A stretch of DNA of 64,000 nt from Fistulifera solaris (GCA_030295235.1 AP026137.1:310001-374000); one strand, 5' to 3'. Positions 39,701-52,791 are shown, counted from the stretch's first letter. Notes: a model not told the origin generated them from the sequence alone. Translations and numbers: made by a program.

Positions 39701-40816
39701 GTTGCTCAATTTTTCGCTTGTACGTACTGAGTTCCGCTTGTAATTTGGCTCGTTCTTTGTAATGCTCTGTACTGATACTGTTTCGCGATTCCTGTTCCGC
39801 AAGTGAATGTTTCAAATGCGAAAGTTCCGATTGCACTTGCATCGCGGCCTCTTGTTCCTCTTGCCGCAATTGTTGCACGCGCTCGAGTTCTTGTTGCAAC
39901 AGTTGCATTTCGCGTGTGGCGGCTTGCAGTTGCTCTTGCAACTCCACACTCCGATCCGAACTCTGTTCTGATGTATTGGATGCAGTAGTACTGGCTTGCT
40001 GCAATTCTTGGCGCAATTGTTCCACTTGTTGCTGATATTTTGTTTGCATGCTGTTTAATTCCTTTTCGGCGGATTGTTTCTGTTGTAACAATTGCGATTT
40101 CAATGATTCCAATTCCTGACGAAGAGTCTCCATTTCTTTACTCGCGTCTACAGACAAAATCGTCGCGGCTCGTACCGGAGAGCGTGTTTGTTCGGAAGGC
40201 GTATCCATAGTTGCCGCAGATGTTGATGTGCTTTCTTTTTACTTTCCTGCAAGGCCGCTCTCCGTTTGCGAATGTCTTCCAAACGGGCTTTCATCGCGGA
40301 AGCATCACTTTGGTTGTTACTGTTAGTAGTAGTTGCATCGGCTGTCGTTGTGCGTGGGGAAGGAGCTTTGGCAGACGGTGTCGGGGCGGGTGTCTTCGCA
40401 GGAGTTTTAACGCTAGTGGTGCTCGCACTCGTTGGCTTGGCGGGTGTGGTGGCTACAGGGGCCGCTGTTGCCGGCGTACTACTACTCGTAGTAGTATTGC
40501 TACTACTACTACTACCTCCCGTCGCCAATTCTCGTTTGAGTCGCAATTGCTCCAACCGCGTCAAATTTCGTTTCTCGACACTGACCGCTTTGACAAAGAT
40601 CCCACAATTCGGTGGACAATTCGTAAAGTATTCAATACCTTGGACGGTTCCATTGTTCTTTCCTAATCCGGTCGAAGGACCGGTCAAGCGAATCCCGACC
40701 CAATCCTCGGCCGCATCGAATTGCACCGGGCCCAAAAACGCCACAATGCCTTCAAGGGCACTGCCGTTGTCGCGGACAACACGGACGGGATCGTTCAATT
40801 GGAATGCTTCGGGCAT
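36764..40816 (-). CDS. DCTN1: Dynactin subunit 1 (p150Glued)
   Basis: N-terminal CAP-Gly (WVGIRL, GKNNGTVQG..YF), S/T/P linker, long coiled coil (LTLDKE, ELKDMVE...FEGMVEDL); several introns and frameshifts. Confidence 0.85.
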
Positions 40817-41201
40817 TAAAGTTTCTTGCTCTTCGGTTTGCAGTAATCAAAAAGACTTAACGGAGACAAATGCAATAATCGAGTTCAAACGATAATGCTC
40901 AAAGTAGAAGATCAATAAAGCAACAACATAGCAAGTGCATTTTTTCGAAAAATACATACAAGTAAATAATGTCGTGTGTGTGTGTGCCGCATTTGATGTC
41001 ATCATCTGCGTGATTCATAGGAAATGAAATGCGAGTCACGCAAATTGTCCTGTCCTTCGACCGAGCAAAATGCTTATCGTCGCGCCGCCATCAAAATAGC
41101 TGCACCGCACACGCGATGCACTTTTGTTGTTTTTCATTGCCAACAATAAATAAATAAACAACACATTCCGTCTTTCCTTATTATCACATATGCACTCAAC
41201 A

Positions 41202-41892
41202 ATGACCAAGACAAAGAATAATAACAACAAGCGCACATTCTACGCCAAACGCAAGACGGAAATTACGTTTGACCCGGAATCCCGCAAAGACTACCTGCAA
41301 GGCTTTTCGCAACGCAAACAACAACGCCGCGCCTTTGGTTTGGCCATGCAAAAGTCAAAGATCGCAAAGCCAAGCTAGAAAAACGCGCCGAACGGAAAGA
41401 CGCCCTGCAGGAACAAATGGAACAAGCGGAACAACAAAAAGCACAAGTGTTAGAAAGTTTGCTGGAGTCGCAACCAAATGAATGGTTGAAAACCAGTCTT
41501 CCTGCAAAGCCACTCGCACCCGAACCCGTCGATACTGTTAAATTGTATCAAGATACCGAAACAAAGTCATGTTGGGGTGGTGAAGTCATTGTGACGACGT
41601 CCACAAAAATGTTTGGTGAAGAAGACAGCGTTGTCGATGAGACAACCCACCACAATAAGAAGAAAAAAAGGCAAAGACGCGGCTCAAGAATATGCCGGAA
41701 ATGTGGAACGCTTCATGCACGAATTGAAAGGCAATCTGCCGGGGAAAAAGAAAAAAGACTAGTAGTTCCATTATTAAAGTAAAAGGGAAACACGGAGCGG
41801 CCAAGATGAAAGGTATGGGTGGTGATCTCAAGACGGCGCAGCGCATATTGAAGCAGGCGCAAACGAAGAAAGGTCGACGTCGTTCCAAATGA
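41202..41892 (+). CDS. NOL12: Nucleolar protein 12 / Rrp17 family
   Basis: EITFDPESRKDYLQGFSQRKQQRR signature; Lys-rich; frameshifts. Confidence 0.8.
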
Positions 41893-41946
41893 GCGAATCC
41901 GTGCGATACTAGGCTAGAGACCGTTACGACTTTATACTCGCTTTCA

Positions 41947-43119
41947 CTACCTGTTCCGCGTCGACAATTGACCACACGCCGCCAACTCATCATCGCCTCG
42001 TGTGGTACGAATAAAACACCGAAGATTGCCTTGTTGTACCAAATACTGTTGAAAGGCTTCGATGCGTTCCGGAGATGGTTGGCGGTACTGCGCGGCCGCT
42101 CCCGTTTGGACTTGAATATCATTCCACGGTATTAAATTCACAATCACCCGAACGCCGGGAATTGCGACCAGCGGTTGACAGAATTCCACTAAATGCTGGG
42201 CGTCTTCGATCGTGTCATTGATTTGATCCAGTAATGTAATTTCCAATAATATATTCCTTCGTCGTTTACTCCGTTGTACCAGTGTCGACACGAGACCGTC
42301 GCGCAATTCGGTCATGCTGTATCTCGTTGTGGGCACCAATTGTTTTCGCAACACATCGCGGGTCGCATGGACACTCCACGCCAAGACTGCGGGTGCTCTC
42401 CCTAGTTTGGCAAAGGCATCCGGTGTGGGGGCGACCGTCGATATCGTCACACGTCGGGGGGTCAGGGCAAAGCGGTGGGGATCCGTCAAGCATTCCGCCG
42501 CCGCCACGACGGCATCGACATTGTCGGCCGGTTCTCCCAGTCCCATGAATACAATGTTATCGATGGGCGGCATTTCTTTGGAATGGACGACACGTTGCGC
42601 CCAATACACTTGCGACACAATTTCATCGCACGACAAATTCCGTAACAACCCCATGCGTCCCGTCAAACAAAACGTACAAGCTTGTCGACAGCCGACTTGC
42701 GAGGAAATACACACCGTACTCCGTTGTCGTTCCGGCCAAGGAATGATGACCGTTTCCACTTGCAAGCCATCGGGCAGTTGCAGTAACAATTTCGTGGTGC
42801 CGTCGTGACAAGTTGTTTGGTGATGCAACGTGGCGACATCCGCAGGCCGTTGCAGTAATCTCTGTTGGGCTTCTGTACCTAAAATCGGATCGGTCCCGGA
42901 ACGATAGGCCTCCCAACAAGCTTGAGCACGGCCTTTGCCTCCTAATTGTACCGATAATTCATCCAGAGTCAAGGACAGAGGCGACCGAGAGGATGGACGC
43001 GGAGTCGTCGTCGGCAATGTCACGGCACTGAGTCCATTGGCGAAAGGAAATACGATAACAACATTCCAAACGAACAAGTAAAGTGCCGAGTAAAGCATGA
43101 CTCGCTTTCGCTTGTTCAT
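41947..43119 (-). CDS. rlmN: RlmN-family radical SAM RNA methyltransferase
   Basis: CISSQVGCRQACTFC, FMGLGEP, VNLIPWN, AACGQL; signal-peptide-like N-terminus. Confidence 0.93.
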   Translation of the reverse strand: MNKRKRVMLYSALYLFVWNVVIVFPFANGLSAVTLPTTTPRPSSRSPLSLTLDELSVQLGGKGRAQACWEAYRSGTDPILGTEAQQRLLQRPADVATLHHQTTCHDGTTKLLLQLPDGLQVETVIIPWPERQRSTVCISSQVGCRQACTFCLTGRMGLLRNLSCDEIVSQVYWAQRVVHSKEMPPIDNIVFMGLGEPADNVDAVVAAAECLTDPHRFALTPRRVTISTVAPTPDAFAKLGRAPAVLAWSVHATRDVLRKQLVPTTRYSMTELRDGLVSTLVQRSKRRRNILLEITLLDQINDTIEDAQHLVEFCQPLVAIPGVRVIVNLIPWNDIQVQTGAAAQYRQPSPERIEAFQQYLVQQGNLRCFIRTTRGDDELAACGQLSTRNR

Positions 43120-43416
43120 GGGGCATAATCGATGTAATTGTAGGTCTAATTGTCATGCGACGAACGTGTCCGATGATGTTTGCGTTTTCTTATGGTTTTC
43201 AACGAGCAGCAGGTTTTGGATGGACCAAAAACCAGTGCCGAACCGACAGACTTTTGTGTAAATTTACTATAGCTCAAAGAGAAGAGTTGAGTGATTCAAA
43301 ATGATTTCAGTCCCGTTATTTAGCGAGCACGTCATTCCATCAAAAAAATTAACGTCGAGAGGGGTAAAATTTAGTTTAGAAAAGATGATTATTCGTTGTG
43401 AAGTAGGCTATCTTTC

Positions 43417-45038
43417 TCAGAACTGGAACTGCACTTGCTGTGATTTCGAACGATACACATTCAATGGCGGCGGACCCGCTCTCAAAGCACCCGGACTGTC
43501 CGGATCATTGTCGACCACCATCAATTCCCATGGAGCGATTCCGGCACGTTGGAGACACGCCACAGCGACCTCAAATGCACTCCTTTGTGGCAAACTTCCA
43601 TCCGGTGTACACAACAATCCTCCCGTATATTGCAATCCGACGGCCGAGGCCGCACCGGCGTAATGAAAACACGCCCACGACAAATCATCGGCAACACCGA
43701 CCAAATGCCACAATTCATCCGAAGTCACTCCATTGTCCAATACCGACAAGCGAAAGACTCCGGGTTGTTGTGCTTGTGGCCGGACACGATAATGTCGATG
43801 GCACCAAACATCCCGACCATCCAACGTTTGCACACGAAAGACGGGATCGTACCACATATTCTGAGAACCTTGCGGATAAAAGAGTTGATTCTGGCAAGGG
43901 AATTGATCGTACGCGACATTGGCACCACAGGCCACTTTCCACGAAACATCCGTCCGGCGACTCCCGTCTGGAGCACTGGCATCGTCCAAATGGCCGACCA
44001 ATATGGCCTTACCATCGGCCACCGTCAAGGTTTTCCCCGCCACGTCGTGACGGCGGAGACTTTTGGAAAGGTTGGAATGGTAGCATGACAATCAAAGACA
44101 TTGTGTTTGGTCATAATGCAGAGCGAAAATTGTTTCAGTGCTTCACTTTCGTAGGAAACAATGGCCCGGTAACTGGCAACTTGATCACGCGCATCAATCG
44201 AACCCAAGACACCGATGCATTCCCGACACGATGGTTCTTGCGCACACGCCAGCAAACAATCCGGACACTTGGAGACGATGCCGTAAAATTCTCGCGCATT
44301 CCGGAGTGGGCCTTTTTCCCACGTCGCTTCCGTCGTGTGTTGCACCCAAGGGATCGTTTGTCCCGAATATTGATTCAAAAACAATAAGATCGCGTAACAG
44401 AATTCATCACTCGTCCATCGTTGTAAATTATCCAACATTCGTTCGTACATGCGTTTCCCCGAGGCCTCGGGGGACCATGGGATGTATTGCGCCGCCAACG
44501 AAGGATTTTGGGGATCGTAGGGTCCTACAAAAGCCGGTAAGGACGAGGAACAATCCAACGCCAATTGACATTGTCGATTCAGTCGTTGTTGATACCGTTG
44601 TTGAAAGATGTTCTGTGCGGAGGAAAGATCGGTTTCGGAAGACAATCCCATTGCCAATAACACATCTGTCTCGAGTACCTGCTGCTGCGAAACGTCTTCC
44701 GAGGTGACCACCGTCACTTGCAAGCGATTTTCGGCCATCCAATTGACCTTTTGGGCCAAATGTTGTACGGCATCGACCAGTAACGGATTTCCGACGGGAC
44801 TTTTGGCTCCAAACTTGGATACTACTTGAGGCGAAGAAGGAATCCAAAATGTGACCGTCCCCACAATCGGACTCTCAATAGACGAGTCATCTACTGCAGC
44901 AGAAACTCGAATGCTCTCTCGCATGACGTGCGCTAAAGATGCACCGTGACTCCTCGGCACGAGAGAAAAGGCGGTGGTCATCGAACACCAGCAGAAGAAC
45001 AAAAGGATTCCAACAGGACTGTTAGTTTTCCAGATCAT
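43417..45038 (-). CDS. VDR: Violaxanthin de-epoxidase-related protein (VDR)
   Basis: Cys-rich domain (C..C...C....C..C, DQVASYRAIVSYES, FSLCI..HN), lipocalin part WKVACG.N.AYDQFPCQ.QLFY; bipartite presequence (TTA-F); frameshift near 44030. Confidence 0.85.
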
Positions 45039-45329
45039 TGTTGCGTCTCGTTTCTCTTCTTCCTCGATGCGGTTCTCGGTTCTCTAGATCTTTAACAAAG
45101 GCAATTCTTATTATAAAGTAGTAATGAGGTAGAATGGATGATTCAAAATATAACTATTGATAAGAAAGGGAATGAGAATGATGTGGTTTTCGTTTTCACG
45201 ATATTCATTTGCTTCAGTCGTCTCAGAATTCATTCACGAATAAATTATTTACTCCGTAACCTTAGCAAGTAGACAGAAGAGCTACCGGTACCACGTTAGC
45301 TAGGTTCATTCAAAAACATTGAAAATAGA

Positions 45330-46837
45330 TTACTTGTACACGTTCTTATGAGATATAGCACTAGCGGTTGATTGTTCCACGCAATGCAGAACTTGTTCTC
45401 GATAGGTCGTATCACGGGCCATGGCTCTCAACACCCTCCAAGCCTGTTGAAAATCCACTCCATCATCCGAGCGCTGCAATAACATGGCCGCTTCCTCTGG
45501 TTCCAAGGGCGTGAGATCTTCCACCATGGCATCGTATTGTTGCGTATTGTATTCGCCACGTTGTATCCGACTCTTGTCCGGTAAATTTTCTTGAGCAAAC
45601 AAATTCATGAAATTGCGATCAATGGCATCTTTCACTTCAAAAACCCATTTGCCACGAAAAGGAATTCCAAAACGAAACCCTAATGCTTGATTATCCCCAC
45701 AAACCAATAATTTCAAAAAAATCTTCTTGTGGTTCATAGACGGTCCGTGGTTTGGTTCCTTCGAGAAACTGCAACAAATTCTGCACCAACACTGGTCCCG
45801 CCCGGACGGCATAGACGCCCGCTTTCGGAGGAGGACCCCGCAACAATCCCTGAATACTGGCACAATCTCCCGCCGCAAAAACGGCCGGATGCGAAATACT
45901 TTGCAACGTGGGATGCACCAGAATCCATCCCTCGGGAGTACCAGCCAAACCACGCTGATGATGCAAGTGCTGGGACAACGCCGGGGCTTCCGCACCCGCC
46001 GCCCAAATACAGTGCGTATACGGCACACTAGTGCCGTTTTGGAGTACCACACGATCGGCCGTCACTTGCGCGACAGCGGCGTCGTGTTGGACCGTAATGT
46101 GGAGTTCGGTCAATCGCGTTTGCACCATGTGTCGACAAGCTTCATTTTCTGACGGTAACAGTTGCTGTCCAGCGTCGAGTATAGTGCAATCAATATTCGG
46201 ATAACGCGACGTGACCGCCATGGAGAGTTCGATGCCGGCCGCACCACCACCCACCACCACGAGTTGTACACGCTGGTTGTCGTCCAGCTCGTCCTGTAAG
46301 CGCCGCACCAACGCATCGATCGGACGTGTCGGAATCGTATATTCTCGAGCACCGGGTGTTGTCGTCCATCCTCGTGTCGTGGAACCAACATCCAAACTGA
46401 TAGCATCGTAATACAGTGGCGCCGGATTCTTTTTTAAAAACACACACTGTTTTTCGAAATCCATATCCACCACTTTGTCGTGCACAAACTCGATCCCCGC
46501 CCATTGCGTCACTGCAACCAAATCGATCTTGGTGTCTGCCGCAGAATAATATCCCCCGATGCATCCCGGAACCATGCCCGAATAGGTGGCGGCCACTTGC
46601 GGATCAATCAATGTGACCTTGAGGGTGGGCCGGACGCGCCGCGTCATTCAGTGAAGTCAAGACTTGCGCATGGGCGTGTCCGCCACCGACGAGAATCAAA
46701 TGTTGTTGTTGTTGTGCCATCATGCCTTGGACGGTTGAAATGAAAAGTGGACTGACCGCAAAGAACAGAACGAAGAATGGGGTCCAGCCGAAGGAAGAAT
46801 GACGATGACGTGACGGACGAGTTCTTCTGTCACTCAT
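45330..46837 (-). CDS. FAD-dependent pyridine nucleotide-disulfide oxidoreductase resembling the N-terminal domain of fused SelD
   Basis: LILVGGGHAH, YSGMVPG, VVGGGAAGIEL, VFAAGDCA, PKAGVYAVRAGP, KDAIDRNFM; frameshifts. Confidence 0.8.
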
Positions 46838-47279
46838 ATTCTGACTTGCATGGTTTGCATCAATCGTATGAACGTATGCTGACTGGCAATAGTATTTATT
46901 CGTTTCGAAAAGAGTCGATCAAATGGAATTTATGAACAACAGTTAAAAACAATGAGAGGATGCCGACGTCTGAGAATGAGAATGATGACGCAATCGCATT
47001 TCGCGGTTTTTTCTGTTACGCGACTCGAATCACTCACGAATGAATCCTCCATCCATCGACAGACAGACCGCGGTGTCAACAATTGAATACCGGTTCTTTG
47101 CATCGGATCCAAAAGCGAATGAATCTCGCCGAATCATCGTCCCGCCAAGAAGAGACAAACAAACTGCCATTCCTTTGGATCCTTCGTTTCGGAAGTTTGG
47201 GTGGCCATAAGATCTATCTCACGTGCCCATCATCACACGATATCTTCTTTCTCTCCTCCGCCCCGTGCTCACACAAAAA

Positions 47280-48242
47280 ATGTCCAGCGACAACAACAAT
47301 GGAGTCCATACACCGATCGAAGAAGGAGAAGAAAAACCATTACTGTCACCCCGACAACAAATTACATGGGAAGATCTCGAACGCGAACGACGTCAACGAC
47401 TCTGTTTGGCACTTTCCATCTTTTGTTGTGCTTGCATTCTCGTGGGAGGGATTGGCGTATGGAAATTGCACATGACGTTGGCCCGGGATACGGCACACTA
47501 TTATACGGCCTTGGCGACGCACGCCCTCGAAAGCATCGGCAACAATTACCCGATCCCCGATCAGTGCGAAACAACGCTGCTCTTATTTCGACATTGCGAC
47601 AAAGATGGACCGCACATTCAAGACGAACATGGCAATGAGCATTGTGGTTATTTGGGATACGAGCGCGCCGCGTACATGGCGACGTTGTTTGGTCCGCAAG
47701 CCCGGTGGCCCTTACCCTCGCACTTGTTTGCGTTACTTCCCGAACGCAACAGCAATTTGAATTATCGCGAGTACGAAACACTATTGCCACTCAGTCGCAA
47801 AGTCAATTTGGAGATTGATTTGGCCCGACATCCGCAATTGGCCAACGAATTTTTGGACCTGTTGGCCACGGGTGATTTGTGTGATAAAGTGACGGTCGTT
47901 TCGTGGAAACATTCGTACATGGTCGAATTGGCGGCTCGATTGGGGTGTGGACCGGACAATGGTTGTCCGTCGACTTACGAGGAACGCGAATTTGATCAAT
48001 TGTGGCAACTCAAGTTCGTGTACAATCCACCGACGTCGAGTCAATTTGATCCCGACTTTAGCAGTCGTCGTAGAATTCTCAAGGGAAAGAAAAGCCATCG
48101 TGGTGGTAAACATCCCAATCACGAGTGGGCGGTCTACGGTACCGTGTCTCAAATGAATTTTGATCCCTTGTCGTTTAGTTATCAGAATGGGGATTATCAA
48201 GGGAATGGGTCAGGAAATTGGGAGGAAGGGCAAGAGCCTTAA
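47280..48242 (+). CDS. Membrane-anchored protein, possibly histidine-phosphatase superfamily
   Basis: One TM helix, LLFRHCDK (RH motif), GYERA, R.YETL.P, VSWKH. Confidence 0.55.
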   Translation: MSSDNNNGVHTPIEEGEEKPLLSPRQQITWEDLERERRQRLCLALSIFCCACILVGGIGVWKLHMTLARDTAHYYTALATHALESIGNNYPIPDQCETTLLLFRHCDKDGPHIQDEHGNEHCGYLGYERAAYMATLFGPQARWPLPSHLFALLPERNSNLNYREYETLLPLSRKVNLEIDLARHPQLANEFLDLLATGDLCDKVTVVSWKHSYMVELAARLGCGPDNGCPSTYEEREFDQLWQLKFVYNPPTSSQFDPDFSSRRRILKGKKSHRGGKHPNHEWAVYGTVSQMNFDPLSFSYQNGDYQGNGSGNWEEGQEP

Positions 48243-48359
48243 TCAAGTTAAAGTGTTATGTAAAAATGAATAGCGATGATCACTTGTAAGCTTATGAAAT
48301 CTGAGTAGGACGAGGGTAAAAGAAAAGCCAGCAACGAATGAAACATACCTGGTAGTGTC

Positions 48360-48364
48360 AAAAA
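48360..48364 (-). terminator. Pol III oligo-T terminator of the 5S gene
   Basis: TTTTT on the minus strand just past the 5S 3' end. Confidence 0.7.
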
Positions 48365-48367
48365 GCA

Positions 48368-48485
48368 AAGAACAACACCCGGGATTCCAACGTGGTCCCC
48401 CACCGTAGTACTAACCGGGCCTGACGATGCTTAACTTCGCTGAGCAGACGGGAAGCGGTGCTGTCATCGTAGTATGGTCGTTCCT
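48368..48485 (-). rRNA. 5S ribosomal RNA
   Basis: Reverse complement reads AGGAACGACCATAC...CCCGTCTGCTCAGCGAAGTTAAGC...GGTTAGTACT...GGGACCAC...GGAATCCCGGGTGTTGTTCT; about 118 nt with paired 5'/3' ends. Confidence 0.95.
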
Positions 48486-48614
48486 AAAAAATTATTAAAA
48501 TTTGTGTTATAGAAAAATAAAGCTTATGATGATTATTTGATGGGTTCAGTATAATAACACCGCACTCATCACATTCATGATTATTTGATCATTCTGGAGA
48601 ATATTCGAGCATGC

Positions 48615-50441
48615 ATGAGCCACAATCATAGAATAAACTACTCGCTGGACGTTCTCGTGGACGGATCCGAACAATCGGGTCCGCCGACGTTGTTTTTATC
48701 CGTCCACAAGGACCATGTCATCCAAGCCAACTACGCCCTCACCGGATTGGGGGATCTGTTGTGCCGTGCGGCCGCCGATCAACGTTACAAACTGCAACAT
48801 GTACGCGCGGTCTTTGCCGATCACGACTTATTGTCTTTGCCGGCTCTGTTGGATGTCTTGTATCAAGCGGGGCGCGAACAAGTGACGGTCGTGTCGTCGT
48901 TTCCCCGAATCGAATCGTTGATTCGCACAATCCATCCTTACAAACAACATCCTGTGGTACGTATCTGTCAAGTACCTTCGGAAACAGATTGTTGGTGGAA
49001 CGTCTATCAAGATGAATTTATTTTGGTTCATGCGACCCGACGATCCAATCATGTCTTGTACCTTTACACCTTGTTTCAGTGGAAGGAGACAATAAAGTCT
49101 TCTTTTTGGTGTTACCGAGTGCCTATTTACCGCACTTGCATGATTTGTTGCAAGATCTGCCTCTTGAAGATTCAACACCGTTAGAAATCTGTGCTTTGAT
49201 TGTCATTTGCGAAACAAACGACGTCGAGGTTGCGACATGGGTCCCGGACCACATTCCTTACTATATCGTGGCTCCCACATCCAACAACTTACTCGTTCGA
49301 GCTCAACGTTTGAGTCAATACTTTCATAATATCCATCCTAATCTGTTTCCATTGCGGCTTCCGGAAGGAAACATTTTGTCCCAACAATTGACGACCGGAA
49401 CCAGTTTAATCTTTTCACCTCGTAATAATCACACAATGGTCCATCGAATGGAGGATATTGGGCGAGACGATTCGTCCCGAACGTCAACGATGGATGGAAG
49501 GACTATTGTCGTTTGAACCGATCGCGGATGAAAACGAAATCTATTTGAATGACGACGACGACGACGACGACGAAACAGAGGACACCAATACTACTTTGAG
49601 ACTCCTCGTTTTGGGCACGGGGTGCGCGGCGCCATCTCCTTACCGAGGGGCCTCTGGATACGCACTACTGTTTCCCAACGATTGTACGGTGGTATTGGAA
49701 GCTGGAGAAGGCTTTGTTACACAGTGGCATCGATATGCCGACGGTATATCGTTCAACACCATTCGATTGATTTGGATTTCCCATGCACATCTTGATCATT
49801 ACGGAGGACTTGTTCACTTGCTGAAATGTATACATGCATCAAAGAGGAATCAAGATTCACCGGAACATAAGCGACGCAAGTTGTCCTGTCCTTATGTTGT
49901 GGCGGGAAAGAAGATATTGCAATATTTAGAGCACATGTTTGATGTGCCAAATGATTACTACAATGGCGTGGAACAATCCGACATTCAGCAAACTGGGAAT
50001 ATCTACGAAAGCATCGCTCCCATTGCTTTCTGGGAAGATGTCCGAGTCGATCACTCTTGCCATCAAGCCTGTGGTATGGTGGCTGGTTTCTATGGCCGCA
50101 CAAAGAGCGACATTTTTCTATTTTGCTTTAGCGGAGACACAACTCCCTGTATCCGGCTGACGAGATCATGCCAGGCCCATACGAAACGAATGGCAAAAGA
50201 AGGAATTGACTTTTTGCTGCACGAGGCTACGTTCGGCGACTCAGATCATGAAAAGCAAATGGCCTCCTCAAAAAAGCACTCAACAGTCAAGGGTGCGCTG
50301 CTTGTAGCAAACGATATCAATGCCAAAAAGACACTATTGACTCATTTTTCACAGCGCTATGATAGCATGCCTGCATTGGACGATACTGGTGGGAGAGTTG
50401 TTGGCCTGGCAACGGATGGATTGCTGTTAGAGCTTCATTGA
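48615..50441 (+). CDS. RNase Z (ELAC-like metallo-beta-lactamase)
   Basis: LGTGCAAPSPYR, ISHAHLDH, FSGDT, LLHEATF, KHST, LTHFSQRY; degenerate N-terminal half with frameshifts. Confidence 0.85.
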
Positions 50442-50476
50442 GAAATTCTGGGGCAATATATGCTAGCTTTTAAAAG

Positions 50477-52791
50477 TTACAAGAAATATTTACCCGGCTT
50501 GGGTACCGCAGTGCTTTTCTCTGTCTCTGTGGTTGTTTCCTTGTTCGCTTGACATGGCTTAGCCATTTTCTGAGTCTTAGCACGGAGCGATTCGGTGACC
50601 TCGAATCCATCAACAAGCCACTGATCGCGATTAGCTTCCAGTTGCTGATAAAATACCGCTCCAAGAAACTCCCCAAATACACCAGTTTCGTCTAGCTGTA
50701 GAGCTAGAGGCCCTACGTAGCTTTCTAGCGCTTTTGCTTGGTTGTCGAACCATCCAGGTCCAGGATCTGGTCCTCTTCCTGCTCGATGAGCCATCGACAG
50801 CTCTCGATACAACCTCGAAGACCACCTCTTCATGTTTGTCCAGCTTTGTAGACTGTGCGCGACGTCTGCCGCTCGTAGAATTAGTTCCAACACAACCAAG
50901 GCCTTTAATTCATCAGGCTCGTCTAAGAAAATTTCTTCATCGTGGACGCCCGAGACTAATGAAGTTCCGCCGATGGAACCCCTCGGATGAACCTCAATCG
51001 ATTCACCTGAGAAGTCCATCCCACGAAGAATTCCGAGCCGCTTGCGAAAACTGGCACTTTTTTCTGAGTACGCTCCACTGCTGGCTCGCCGCAGCATTTT
51101 TGTTTTAATCTTCTCTGAGTTTTCGTTAAAGAGTTTCTGATAGGGTGTATCAGTGACTTCCTCTTCGTCGATACGCTGCCCTGTGAGTGGTCGAAACCGA
51201 GTTACATTCCCAGTACTGGCTCTTCTGGGGACCATTCGTTTTATCTGACCTGATGGCGGACGCCCAGCGTTGAATCGCAAATCACTTTTTGCAGAAATCA
51301 GGTTCCTAAACAAATAATCGCGTTCATCATCTGACGAAGGGGGGAGTCAATGAAATGCTTGAGCTGCTCACATCACTGGTCCCATGTTTTGTTGTTCCGC
51401 CGTTCATTTTCTTGGCTGGCAATTCACCATACTTGCGGAACTTTTCTAGATTCATTTTATCACGGGTAAGCGCACTTCCTTCTTGCCTTTTGTGAGCAAG
51501 AATAATGGATCCTTGTCCGTAGGAGGCTGCACTGTCGGTACTATAACTTTGCATCGAATGCCGCCTTGTCATTCGAGAATACCGCTTCGTCGTTACCGCC
51601 AGTAATGCTTCTTGTTTCTTCCTTACGATGGCTTCCATTACGGAATCTTTCAGACTGCTATTGGCCGAGTCTTCGTCCACAAATGATGTAATTGAGTCTT
51701 CCATGTTGTAAACGGGTTTACCCGAGCGAATTCTGTTGTTTGCATAAGAATCATCGTCCTGTTTTTGTGACGAATTCGTCAAATGGCGCGCTCTCAACAT
51801 CTTCGTGTAAGAATCGAAGGTCACATCAGATACCATCGAGTTCTGGGATGCGTTGGAACCACGCCGTGAGCTACGAAACCCTGATCCACCCACTCGAGGC
51901 ATGGAGATATTGCTAACCATAGAACCTCTGCGTGGAACTCTTTCGCTCGTTTCTTCGAAATCATCACCTCGCTCCATTCCAAAAGCTTCTTTCCACTTAG
52001 ACTTGTTTAGCTGTGAACGTTCGGGACTGGCAATGTCTGTAGAAAGAACAGCGTTGACCACTGTACTTCGAAAGAAACGATAGTCGATATCTTTGGGAAA
52101 CATGACGGACCGAAGATCAACATATTTGTCACGCAGGAGTTCTTCGAATGCTAATTGCAGTGACCGCTGCTCATTGATGGAGTTATCATTGTAAGAAACA
52201 GCCAAGGGGTGCTCCTCCAAGGCTAACTGTCGGTTAGAGATGCCTTTGTGATCCACATCATGAATCAGAGCTGCGAATAAGAGTGCCATCAACGCTACCG
52301 GGTCATGCCGCAAACCAAACGCCGGTGGTGGCTTTCCGTCCAAGAAGTCATCGCTATCTAAGGTGAGCATGAGATCCATGATTTTGTTGGCAGATATCAC
52401 TACATGGTAGGCATGCTGAAAATTGTGAAAGTGGACATCGCGATAATTTTCCAATATAAAGCGCACGAACCGTCGCAATTGCTGTAGAACATTGCCGTTG
52501 ATTTTGTCCGGATGCCATGGTCGATTATCAATTAAAGCTTTTCGACAAATACCACTGGTAGATAAGTCGTGCTGTTCATTCGAATCCGCCGACAAGACAG
52601 CCACTATACGGACCACCAAGAGAGATGTGATGCGTTCGACACACGCTTCTTTTTTCTTTTGGCGTCGCAACATTGCTATCTTCGCCTTCTCCTAAATTAT
52701 TCCAATCTTGTACCGATAAGGCTAGTGCCTGTAGTGCACACTGTCGGGTCAGCTCAGCTAATGATGAATGATCGCCATCGGGAGAAGTCAT
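50477..52791 (-). CDS. Class I cyclic nucleotide phosphodiesterase A with large internal insertion
   Basis: FHNFQHAYHV, IHDVDHKGISN, STDIA, AADVAH, WFDNQ; two homopolymer frameshifts. Confidence 0.85.

Noticed and set aside
43440..44387. Long antisense ORFs (here, and 4123-4779, 19327-19956, 40266-40895)
   Set aside because: Shadows of well-supported genes on the opposite strand, with no motifs of their own
45100..46837. Selenoprotein or SECIS associated with the SelD-N-like gene
   Set aside because: No in-frame TGA at a conserved Cys position and no SECIS recognised; the breaks are simple frameshifts
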